Below are positions 6,245 to 14,732 of a DNA stretch of 30,863 bases, one piece after another; position 1 is the stretch's first letter, and every line of letters begins with the position of its first letter. The DNA lies in contig JAYUEN010000471.1 of assembly GCA_043739185.1 (NCBI GenBank), positions 1 through 30,863 of the forward strand, given 5' to 3'. The notes beneath the pieces are model-generated. The model saw nothing but the letters and a program-made list of their open reading frames with translations. It was not told the origin of the DNA and searched no databases. The translations under genes and the position numbers were made by a program. The stretch is from Bdellovibrionales bacterium. GTDB taxonomy: Bacteria > Bdellovibrionota > Bdellovibrionia > Bdellovibrionales > JAMPXM01.

Positions 6245-7521
6245 AATTAAATCCATTTTTAAGTAAAAAAGAACTCGCTCTTGAAATATCGATAGTTCCT
6301 TTATTAATCTTTAAAATTGGCTTGATTTTATCAATTCTGATTCAAGTTTACGCCTACTTTCGCGATTCGAGTTTAATATACGGTAACCAAAGCCTTTTCC
6401 CTCCTCAAATCGCCGATCTATATTTAACTTCGGGTGTCTTGGCGCTATCTCAAAATGTGGGGCCGCAGATTCTCATTGTAATATTTGGCTTGGCAATTTT
6501 AACGCTATTTAAGAGGCCTCAGCGATTTTCCTTTGGCTTGCTTGCACTTTTAGAGATTCTTTTAAATCAGCGAAATTTTATTTTCAGCAATCGTGGTGAT
6601 TACTCTTTGGTTTATTTCTGTCTGATGGCTGCGCTTGTGCCAACTGTTACTTTTAACAATCGTAAGCAAAAAATTCGAATCGCAGAAATGTTTCCTCTCT
6701 TTTTGCTTCACTCAATCATTTATTTTTTAAATTTTGTATTTAAGATTTCGAGTGCTTGGGGTAGGGGAGACGGCCTCAAGTTCACACTCAATCATGTTGA
6801 GTTATTAAGGTGGCCGGTGAAGCTTGATTCTTCTCAAATGCTATTTTTAAACTATTCGGCGATTTTGACAATAATGTTCGCAGGATTTTCAGCTTTCATT
6901 TCCGTTCGTTTGTCTCGTACAAGAACCTTTATGAGTGTGCTAACGATTGGTTATCATTTAGTAGCGAATCTATTGATGCGTCTGAGCTGGCTTTCAATGC
7001 CATTTTTATTTTTAGAGATTGCTATGTTTTGCTTTCGTTCGACCGAAATAAAACCAGGTAAGGGGACTCCAGGTATTTTTCATTGGACACAAAAAATCGC
7101 AATTGCTCTCTTGCTGATAGGTTTTTTTGGAATTAAGGATGTCGGAGACTTGAGTGTTTTTGACGGACGACAAAATATTTTTTTGGGGCACAATTGGTAT
7201 ATGTTTTCGCCGCCGCCGCCAATGTCGGGCGAATGGCGGGCTTTGATTAAGTCGTGGGATAAAAATCGTCCCATTTATATGGCTGAGCTCAGGCAAAAGT
7301 TAGGGTTCTTTTTATTTCAACATGAATACAAGTATTTTTTTAATTTACGGAGAACTGAACTGCTTCCTGTGGTAGGGCGCTTGGGTCAGAAACTATGTGA
7401 GATTTATAAAGTCGAAAATCCAAAGGAGATTCAATTGATTTATTCGGGACGATTGTTTGAGAAAAGCGAAAGTTTCGAGATGAAATACCAAGCTGTGGAT
7501 TGTACTGCACGTAGTTTATAG
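6241..7521 (+). CDS. HTTM-domain (SdpB-like) membrane protein with a C-terminal soluble domain
   Basis: Start ATG 6241 overlaps the MBOAT TGA (ATGA). Motifs LNQRNFIFSNRGD, IYFLNFVFKISSAWGRGDGL, YHLVANLLMRLSWLS and HNWYMFSPPP. Confidence 0.78.
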   Translation: MKLNPFLSKKELALEISIVPLLIFKIGLILSILIQVYAYFRDSSLIYGNQSLFPPQIADLYLTSGVLALSQNVGPQILIVIFGLAILTLFKRPQRFSFGLLALLEILLNQRNFIFSNRGDYSLVYFCLMAALVPTVTFNNRKQKIRIAEMFPLFLLHSIIYFLNFVFKISSAWGRGDGLKFTLNHVELLRWPVKLDSSQMLFLNYSAILTIMFAGFSAFISVRLSRTRTFMSVLTIGYHLVANLLMRLSWLSMPFLFLEIAMFCFRSTEIKPGKGTPGIFHWTQKIAIALLLIGFFGIKDVGDLSVFDGRQNIFLGHNWYMFSPPPPMSGEWRALIKSWDKNRPIYMAELRQKLGFFLFQHEYKYFFNLRRTELLPVVGRLGQKLCEIYKVENPKEIQLIYSGRLFEKSESFEMKYQAVDCTARSL

Positions 7522-7642
7522 CTTTCTAGATTGAGTGAGAAGCAGTTGGACTCGATTTTGACCCTTAGCTAAATAGACTTGCATTATAAAGTATTGTTGG
7601 GCCAATATCTTAGTAGTGTAAACGATCTTTTGGGAGAGCAAA

Positions 7643-8077
7643 ATGAAAGCACTTAAAAAGAAAATGTGGTCCCGTAATTTTAAAAGAAAGTTAATTGTAA
7701 ATTCAAATATTCAGCTCGTCCTGCTCAGGTATGCAGTAACGATGGGGATATTATTTCTTTCGCTGGGAATGTTTATTGCTTTTTCGTTTGAAAAAATGCT
7801 GCTCATTAATATGACTGGATTTGACTCATTCGGGAGAAATGACAAGATTGTTTTTTCATTATTGATATTATTAATTATCGTAGTTTGTTATTTGAGTATG
7901 GTTATATCCAATCGCATAGTGGGACCCATTTATAGACTTGTTCGACATATGGAAAACGCTAAGAATACTGGCCAGTATAATGAAATTCACTTTCGTGAAA
8001 ACGACTACTTTAAGGAACTCGCCATTTCATACAATCAAATGTTGACGCGTTTTCGTGAAAACGACACCAAGAAATAG
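7643..8077 (+). CDS. Small 2-TM plus HAMP-like protein with no output domain
   Basis: KRKLIVNSNIQ leader, two TM helices, then SNRIVGPIYRL...FRENDYFKELAISYNQM. GGGAGAG RBS. Confidence 0.8.
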   Translation: MKALKKKMWSRNFKRKLIVNSNIQLVLLRYAVTMGILFLSLGMFIAFSFEKMLLINMTGFDSFGRNDKIVFSLLILLIIVVCYLSMVISNRIVGPIYRLVRHMENAKNTGQYNEIHFRENDYFKELAISYNQMLTRFRENDTKK

Positions 8078-8091
8078 GTCTACCTCTCGCT

Positions 8092-9609
8092 TTATGGCTG
8101 CTCCTGAAAGTGGTGAAGAATAGAGCTCAATGGGCTTCCGTGAGCCGAAGCATTTGCGGCCGCCTCACGCCAACTTATAGGAATTGGATCCGATATGTCC
8201 CATACTTGGGTGCTGAAAGCAGGGTCAGCAAAAGTAACTGCCTGTGCGTCGGCAGCAAAAGTCCAAATGAAATCGGGGTGGCTATTCGAGTACCATTCAC
8301 CCTGACCTATGATATTCATATTATCGTCGAGTTCGAGATCGTAGATGAGGCGAAGCGTTTTGCTTGGAGCATTGGGCATGGCTTTGCGGGTTGGAATCAC
8401 CTCTACTAAATAAGTGATATCAAGCGAGACTCCTATGATGAAGTGAGCATCGGGCGAACGGTGATCTGAGAATTTGTCGATCGTAAAATCTTTAAGTGGG
8501 ATTGCAGTGAAGCGCAAGCTTGAACCTTCCTGCCAAGTCTGCGGATTGAAATAATGATAGCGATAGGAGACGACAGGATAATTCCAAATCTCAGCATCAT
8601 GACCAAGATCCATGACAAAACTTCGGTGATGCACGCCGAGCTGATTGATGAGGGCCACGTGCCAGGTGCTCGGATTTACTCCTCTGCAAGCGTCGTCAAT
8701 TATTCTACCCACAGAGTCGCGCGGCAGTTTCGCGATTTCACAGCGATCACCCACAAAACGTGTTTTGGGTGGTGAATTTGCCCATAACATCGATTGCAAA
8801 GCCTTGACGTCTTGAGGGTAAAAATTCACCGACAATCCGCTCGGTGACTTGAAGGTAAGCGACCCCGTAGGGATTGCAACCTTCATCGAGGCAGCTGCTG
8901 CCCATCCGTGACAGATCCCTGCCCATGACGGGACTCCGTTTGCGCCCTTTATATATTTACTACCCTGACTCCATGAGTATTTTGTGAGACTGAAGTTAGT
9001 ATCGCCCACCAAAATGTCATATTTTTCAGCTGGCGAGAGAACATCGATTGCCTCAGCGTTACCCTCAGCGACAATAGCCTCAGGTGGATTGTCATTATAA
9101 TAAGCTAAATTGGTTTCCCAATTTTTTGTACTTATCACTTTTGGATCGGCGTAACGAAATCCTATAAGTCCTTTACGGAAAGGCCAGTAGGAGTCCGCCC
9201 AAACGCCATCTGCTGCGCCACCGACGGCAAGATTTTGCAATTGCATCTCGCGCAAACTATACACGAGAGTGCCAGGGTCCACGAGTACCTCCGGGGCATC
9301 AACTCTTTTTGTATTTGTTGCATTTGGAGCCGGAGAACTTGCGACATTCATAATTAGCAATCGATATTCATTGCGAAGTCGAACATCAGCCACTGATTCG
9401 TCGGGCCGTATATATCCCCGCGAATGCGTCTGACCATTTTCATCAACAAAGTCTGGGCGCCGTTCTGCCATTAATGCCGGATTATTTTGAAATGCCTGCA
9501 GATATTCTTGCAGACTATCAAAGGCAAAAAGCGGTTTTGAGTAAGACGCTATAATTATAGACATTATAAGTATAGACACGAAACCAAAAGCTAATTTGTC
9601 GTTTTTCAT
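8092..9609 (-). CDS. Secreted transglutaminase, GP42/TGase-elicitor family
   Basis: Signal peptide. WADSYWP, LSPAEKYD, catalytic-type WAGICHGWAAAA (adjacent Cys-His), Pep-13-like IWNYPVVSY, and GEW...HPDFIW. Confidence 0.85.
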   Translation of the reverse strand: MKNDKLAFGFVSILIMSIIIASYSKPLFAFDSLQEYLQAFQNNPALMAERRPDFVDENGQTHSRGYIRPDESVADVRLRNEYRLLIMNVASSPAPNATNTKRVDAPEVLVDPGTLVYSLREMQLQNLAVGGAADGVWADSYWPFRKGLIGFRYADPKVISTKNWETNLAYYNDNPPEAIVAEGNAEAIDVLSPAEKYDILVGDTNFSLTKYSWSQGSKYIKGANGVPSWAGICHGWAAAASMKVAIPTGSLTFKSPSGLSVNFYPQDVKALQSMLWANSPPKTRFVGDRCEIAKLPRDSVGRIIDDACRGVNPSTWHVALINQLGVHHRSFVMDLGHDAEIWNYPVVSYRYHYFNPQTWQEGSSLRFTAIPLKDFTIDKFSDHRSPDAHFIIGVSLDITYLVEVIPTRKAMPNAPSKTLRLIYDLELDDNMNIIGQGEWYSNSHPDFIWTFAADAQAVTFADPAFSTQVWDISDPIPISWREAAANASAHGSPLSSILHHFQEQP

Positions 9610-9802
9610 AGCGCCCCCCGCAGATAAATAATTTTACTCCAGCAAAATATATACCGCGGATCTTTAAGATCTAGGCGAGCGAGGCATAGCGCGGAAGCTC
9701 CCGAGAAATTGATGGGGCTTTTTCTTTGATGAGCTTTGGGGCTTTTTAGTACTCGTTTGTTTCAAAAGTGATCCTAACTGAATTGCAAAGCGCATTGAGG
9801 AC

Positions 9803-9818
9803 TGGTCCGGCAGTTGCA
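9803..9818 (+). promoter_or_regulatory. Possible sigma-54 (-24/-12) promoter
   Basis: TGGTCCGGCAGTTGCA has GG-N10-GC with TTGCA, 63 nt before the lipoprotein ATG at 9882. Confidence 0.45.
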
Positions 9819-9881
9819 GAATCTGCACTTAGTAAAGATTTCTATTTAATGGTCATGCGATTTCAATCCTTAGGAGGTTTT

Positions 9882-10727
9882 ATGAAATCAAGATATTTAG
9901 TTTTCGGGCAACTCGCATTGGTGATGGTAGCAGCGGCAGCTTGCCAACCGAGAGACAATGATGCATCAACATCCGCGACTCCAGTTGCGGTAAAAGCAAG
10001 TCCTGTCGTAAGAGTGGATGGAGTCCCTGCAAACAATGCTACTTCTGCACCAGCAGCTTCGATCTCGGCCAATTATTCGGTGTCGTCAATGCAGGTTTCA
10101 GTAGATAATCACGAGCTCAGTTTGACCGATGATTCAAGTATCGCAGCTTCTTCTGTCATGGCCACAGATGTATCTGCGCTCAAATCCATCGACTCTGCGA
10201 CTTTGATGACCGATGGCACGTTGCATCTTTATTCAGGTTCAATAATCGTATTTGTTATCAACTCTTCATCTTCAACAATAACAAAAGCTCCTGAAGGATT
10301 CCGTGCTGATAGTTTCCCAGCGACTTTCACTCCTGCAGCCACTGCGCAATCTCCAGGAAGCGGAATACTGACATTTAATTTCAACGAATGTAAAGCGGCA
10401 CCACAACAGCAGCAGCCACAATTACAAGGCAAAGAGCAGAATGCACAACAGCCACAATTACAAGGTAAAGAGCTGAATGCCCAACAACCACAATTGGTAA
10501 GCAAAGAGCAGTCTTGCAATAACATGAAGGTAATCTTGAATTTGTCGCAAGTTATTCCTCAAGTAAAGCAACAGCAAGAACCAAAAGTAGAAGAAAAGGC
10601 CCCTGTTGTACAAGCGCCAAAAGAAGAACTTAAAGCGCCTGTTACTCAAGCGCCAAAAGAAGAATTAAAGGCACCTGTTACCCAAGTGCCAACTCAAGCT
10701 CCGGCACCCGCTGTACAAGCTAAGTAA
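9882..10727 (+). CDS. Lipoprotein with Gln-rich and Pro/Lys/Glu-rich tandem repeats
   Basis: True start ATG 9882 after TAGGAGGT. MKSRYLVFGQLALVMVAAAA|C lipobox. (QQPQLQGKEQNA)x~3 and (APVxQAPKEELK)x~2.6. Confidence 0.85.
   Translation: MKSRYLVFGQLALVMVAAAACQPRDNDASTSATPVAVKASPVVRVDGVPANNATSAPAASISANYSVSSMQVSVDNHELSLTDDSSIAASSVMATDVSALKSIDSATLMTDGTLHLYSGSIIVFVINSSSSTITKAPEGFRADSFPATFTPAATAQSPGSGILTFNFNECKAAPQQQQPQLQGKEQNAQQPQLQGKELNAQQPQLVSKEQSCNNMKVILNLSQVIPQVKQQQEPKVEEKAPVVQAPKEELKAPVTQAPKEELKAPVTQVPTQAPAPAVQAK
10410..10511 (+). repeat. 36-nt tandem coding repeat (QQPQLQGKExNA)
   Basis: Units start at 10410, 10446 and 10482 (third partial). Confidence 0.9.
10599..10691 (+). repeat. 36-nt tandem coding repeat (APVxQAPKEELK)
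   Basis: Units start at 10599, 10635 and 10671 (third partial). Confidence 0.9.
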
Positions 10728-10735
10728 TTATTTTT

Positions 10736-10762
10736 GAGGGAAGGTTTCGGCCTTCTCTTTTT
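10736..10762 (+). terminator. Rho-independent terminator
   Basis: GAGGGAAGGT-TTCG-GCCTTCTCTT stem with a UUCG loop running into a T-tract, 8 nt after the stop. Confidence 0.8.
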
Positions 10763-10782
10763 CGCTCGATTGAGGTTTTCTG

Positions 10783-11706
10783 ATGAAATACTGCGTGTGT
10801 TACTTTTTTCTCAGTCTTGTCGCGCTACTGACCGCTTGCTCAAACCAAACTTCTCAGTCAGCAGGTCCCATCCCTCTGGGGCCGACACCAGCTAAGAACT
10901 CCGAGCTTATTAAGACAGTACAACTAGAGCAAGTCTCGGGCATATGCCTTGATATCAATAAATTTTCAAAAGCTTTTTTGGCATTGGATCCGGGACTCAA
11001 ACTTTTGCGAGTAACTAAAAACTTTAGCTTTGAATCAGAGCATCCTGCACGTGAAGAATTTAAGCTGATCGCCGCATACTCAGCATTTGAAGTGAGCAGG
11101 GATCTGCTTAGCAATGTAAATCCCTTTGACGCTTATTCGCAGACAGACTGCAGTACTGTAGAATTCATTGGAGCGGATCATTTTTCTGAAAAATATACTG
11201 TCAAACACTCCTCGCCCAATTCGATATTAGCTCAAACTGATAAAAGAAAAGAAGTCGGCTTTACTTGGATTTCTCCAAATCAATTCGCACTACACCTAAG
11301 GTATCCGATTTATGATCTCCCATGTACCGAAGGTTCAGGCTTTGTTAGCGTCGATAAAATTTTCGATTGGAGCGAAGATCAACCCCTTGCGATTGACCTC
11401 AACACCTCTCCTCTGGCCATTGATCGTGGCTTTCTGAAAACCTATGCGGATATCGTCGACTATACATTTGCAGATCTTTTTCTCGAGCTTAGCTCTGCTG
11501 GTGATTTTAATTTGCTGAACTTTCAAAGGCTGAATGAGATGGCAGCTAGACCCATTCCTCACAAATATATACTTTGTAATCAAGATGGCGACAGCGTTGT
11601 TATCAATGCAAGCGATTCCGCTCCGGCGCCGACGCCTACGCCAAATCCTGATGTCATTTCTGTTGGGCCGAACCTGCTTCGAGCATATATGAGGAAAAGA
11701 GATTGA
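10783..11706 (+). CDS. Hypothetical lipoprotein
   Basis: LVALLTA|C lipobox, 307 aa, PAPTPTP near the C-terminus. Confidence 0.75.
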   Translation: MKYCVCYFFLSLVALLTACSNQTSQSAGPIPLGPTPAKNSELIKTVQLEQVSGICLDINKFSKAFLALDPGLKLLRVTKNFSFESEHPAREEFKLIAAYSAFEVSRDLLSNVNPFDAYSQTDCSTVEFIGADHFSEKYTVKHSSPNSILAQTDKRKEVGFTWISPNQFALHLRYPIYDLPCTEGSGFVSVDKIFDWSEDQPLAIDLNTSPLAIDRGFLKTYADIVDYTFADLFLELSSAGDFNLLNFQRLNEMAARPIPHKYILCNQDGDSVVINASDSAPAPTPTPNPDVISVGPNLLRAYMRKRD

Positions 11707-11831
11707 CGATTTCTTTCTGATATTTTCGTGAACTGGCACGCCCGTAAGCACTGAGTAATTTCTAATTGACTTTAAAAGATCTCCAATACAAATTCAGCTC
11801 TTGCTATCAGAATGTTCAATGTGGGTTTTAA

Positions 11832-12233
11832 ATGAATCTTAAATTTCTTGTAAGTGTTTCTCTTATCATTTTTAATGTTAACGCGGCTTATTCGGGCAAT
11901 TGCAAATGGGAATCTTCTTCTTTAAACGAATTAAATGGAATAGTAGTAAAGGGCAATGAAGTCAAACTTGCCGTTGGCAACTACAGTGGAAGCTTTGAGC
12001 AGTATACTTATTATTTTAAGCCTTACCATGCAGATTTAGGCCGTAACAGTCCATTTGAAGAAGTGCGGGGAGTTAATTTTGAAATGATTTGTAATTTAAT
12101 GGATTGTAAAATTACCGCAAGAGTTCCGCATTCCGCAAAACTTATGGTTCCAGGAGATCAATTCAATATCGGCGGTATTTATTGCAATTTTAATTGCAAT
12201 AAAAAATCCTCTTATTTTTGTCGCTGGCAATAA
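11832..12233 (+). CDS. Small secreted Cys-containing hypothetical protein
   Basis: Signal peptide MNLKFLVSVSLIIFNVNAAYS and six Cys. Confidence 0.65.
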   Translation: MNLKFLVSVSLIIFNVNAAYSGNCKWESSSLNELNGIVVKGNEVKLAVGNYSGSFEQYTYYFKPYHADLGRNSPFEEVRGVNFEMICNLMDCKITARVPHSAKLMVPGDQFNIGGIYCNFNCNKKSSYFCRWQ

Positions 12234-12329
12234 TCGATTATTATAATTAATAGTTGAAATCTCAAATAGCAGTTTCTCTTAGCAAGCGTTCTTCTAAAAA
12301 TCATTAAAAATGAAAACAATAGTAAAGCG

Positions 12330-12358
12330 TTCAAGACCTCTCGATGATAGGTCTTGAA
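12330..12358. other. 10-bp perfect inverted repeat (operator or hairpin)
   Basis: TTCAAGACCT-N9-AGGTCTTGAA in an intergenic region. Confidence 0.5.
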
Positions 12359-12491
12359 GTATGCCTAGAATACCTTAACTTGATATTTCAAGGCAGTCAT
12401 TTTTAAAGAAAAGCCGGGTTCGGTTACTTTAATCTGGGCCAGCAATCGCAGCACTTGATCTCACTCAAAAAATTTGCTTCACTCAGATCTT

Positions 12492-13304
12492 ATGCCTAAT
12501 AATTGTTTTAATCTTGCCCTTTTTATCTTTTTAATTAGTTCTTTTAACGCTCGAGGAAATTCTATGGAACGACATTAATTCAGCTCAGCAAAGAGGTATT
12601 ATACCCAAGACAATAAGGCTTTTTATACGCAAGGAAATCCCGACTCACCGGACATTTTTGAACTAAAAAATGCTGATGTGAAAACTTTTAAAGAATTTGA
12701 TTTTGCCCCATTCAAATCGCATTATGCACAGACCATGGCTGCGGACTCTAGAGGTTTTTATTTTCATAAAGAATTTGCAAATTTTCAGGATGCCCATTTA
12801 GCAGAATTCTTGACGCCATTTTTAGCTCGCGTGAAGAAAAAATTTTATTTAATTAGTGGTGGAGATGCCTCGATCAAAGCTTTAGATCTTGAAGCGAGTA
12901 CCCGAATGATCGAACATCAACGTACCGACAATTCTCACCATTATTTTAATAGCGAAAACACGATCTATCATCAAAATAACTTTTTGGCAGAATTTAAAAG
13001 ATTGGAGTCTGTGAATTTGTCTAAATTTGAAAGTTTTGATGGGTATTGGGCGCGTGATGATCAGCGTGTATATGTCAGGGACCAAATTGTCCCAGAGGCT
13101 GATCCAAAAAGCTTTAAAAATGGGTATGTAGGATACGGCACAGACGCAAACTTTGTATTCTGGCTAGGACCAAAGCCTTTTAAAATTGCCAACGCCGACC
13201 TCAAGAGTTTTAAGGAATTAGAATCTTCAGAGGATGGATATGATGCCGAAGATAAAAAAGGAGCTTTTATTGGTGGCAAACGTGTTTCCAAAGATAAGAA
13301 CTAA
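12492..13304 (+). pseudogene. DKNYY-like repeat secreted protein interrupted by an in-frame TAA at 12576-12578
   Basis: ATG 12492 gives signal-like MPNNCFNLALFIFLISSFNARG...MERH*FSSAKRYYTQDNKAFY...LKNADVKTF, in frame with the 12678 ORF. Repeats ADxKSF/ADxKTF, WARDDQRVY and YGTDANFVF. Confidence 0.65.
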
Positions 13305-13390
13305 CGGCTACATATTTAGAAGTCCCGACTTAAGCCTGATCATTTGCAAACGAATGGCTATATGAACTCTTTCAATTTAAGATAGTAAGT

Positions 13391-13873
13391 ATGAAACATC
13401 TACTCATTGCTCTTGCATCGGCTATGTCGTTTTCAGCTCATTCAGATGACAATATTCCAATAAAATATGTCTGTTTTCAGCTGCCGACACTTATCAATCA
13501 AACTTTTGAATCGGGCCTTCTTAGTTGCAACTCCGACGGAAAACCCCAACGAAATGAACGTAAAAAAGTTTGCTCTGAAACTGCTTTTTGTCTTGTCGAC
13601 AATCCTGATTTAGAGGACAGCTTTAAATCAGCTGGCTATACCGGAGGAGAAAACGCCCTTGCAAAATCCCAGTATCTAGCTCTGAATTACCAAAAAATGG
13701 GAGTCAATCCACACACCTCGTTTTTACTCTGTAATACCGAAGATAATGGCGACTGCCCGCACCCCTCACGCTGCCAACAGGATTTGCTTTACAATTTGAA
13801 ATCCAATAGTACTCCAGATGCATTTGGCGCGACTTACTTTCGGGGAGCGAAACCCGCGAGAGCAACAAATTGA
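13391..13873 (+). CDS. Secreted Cys-rich hypothetical protein
   Basis: Signal peptide ending SAHS and seven Cys. Confidence 0.75.
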   Translation: MKHLLIALASAMSFSAHSDDNIPIKYVCFQLPTLINQTFESGLLSCNSDGKPQRNERKKVCSETAFCLVDNPDLEDSFKSAGYTGGENALAKSQYLALNYQKMGVNPHTSFLLCNTEDNGDCPHPSRCQQDLLYNLKSNSTPDAFGATYFRGAKPARATN

Positions 13874-14130
13874 ATATCATTCACAAAATCATATTCCTTC
13901 TAGCCTTTAGTTCGTCGGTATTTGCCTCAGGCATTATGAATCTTGAAGGCACTATTTACGGAAAGACCGATAAGACATTTATGATCTTATCCAAGAACGA
14001 AATTTTCACTCTTAGCAAGGCAAAGCTTTCTGATACTCAGAAGAAGACAATAGAGCCAATGAAATTTGGTACCCCAATCACGATGACTGTCCCAATGGAT
14101 GCCGTCATTCAGGTTAAAACTAAAAAATGA
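13870..14130 (+). CDS. Small secreted hypothetical protein
   Basis: TTG start overlapping the previous TGA, and a signal peptide ending VFA. Confidence 0.7.
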   Translation: MNIIHKIIFLLAFSSSVFASGIMNLEGTIYGKTDKTFMILSKNEIFTLSKAKLSDTQKKTIEPMKFGTPITMTVPMDAVIQVKTKK

Positions 14131-14266
14131 AAAGGGCCGCAAAACCTCAAGCCAGGACTTAAAGGGCCCTGGGTAGGATTTTGAATGGCTATATCTATTA
14201 AGAATATTATCCGCCAATCGACTTTAAACACTCGGATTGGCCTCCGCTAAGGACGAAATGAATAAT

Positions 14267-14554
14267 TTATTTACAAATGGAGGGTGGCGGAAGTAGAGTC
14301 TCGGGTACTGAAGGCATGCCCTGATTATCATATTGAATTGGAACCTTCTGATCGTAGCAAATTCCTTTGCTGTTAACGTAAGTTAATATGACCGAAGAGT
14401 TGGAGTTTTTTAATGATACAATTTGTGTCATTTCATCTAAGCTTACGGACGCAAGTGCTAAGCGAAGAGTACTCTTACTCAGCTGAAGTGGAGTGCTGAT
14501 AGCAAATGCCGAAGCTGTGAAAACCGTCGCCATTAGAAAAAATAAAGACTTCAT
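14267..14554 (-). CDS. Small secreted hypothetical protein
   Basis: AAGGAG RBS, signal peptide ending AFA, two Cys. Confidence 0.75.
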   Translation of the reverse strand: MKSLFFLMATVFTASAFAISTPLQLSKSTLRLALASVSLDEMTQIVSLKNSNSSVILTYVNSKGICYDQKVPIQYDNQGMPSVPETLLPPPSICK

Positions 14555-14732
14555 TTCGATCTCCTTTAAATATTAATTTAGTCACTGAGGGGCTAATCTA
14601 GCTTAAATGTTTATCTCTTGCTAGAGAGTATGAAATCATTTCTTTAGCCGTGCCAAATTTTGATATTGATTCAAATTACAGAAGCAACTGGCTCAAATTT
14701 GATCTGTAAGCGGATTAAATTCTCCCAACAAG

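Noticed and set aside
9768..9881. Upstream GTG start for the repeat lipoprotein
   Set aside because: ATG 9882 has a perfect SD and yields a proper lipoprotein signal.
10410..10691. 36-nt repeats as a CRISPR array
   Set aside because: They are contiguous in-frame coding repeats with synonymous variation, no spacers and no cas genes.
11734..11750. TGGCACG as a sigma-54 promoter (also on the minus strand near 14650)
   Set aside because: No GC at the -12 position with the required spacing.
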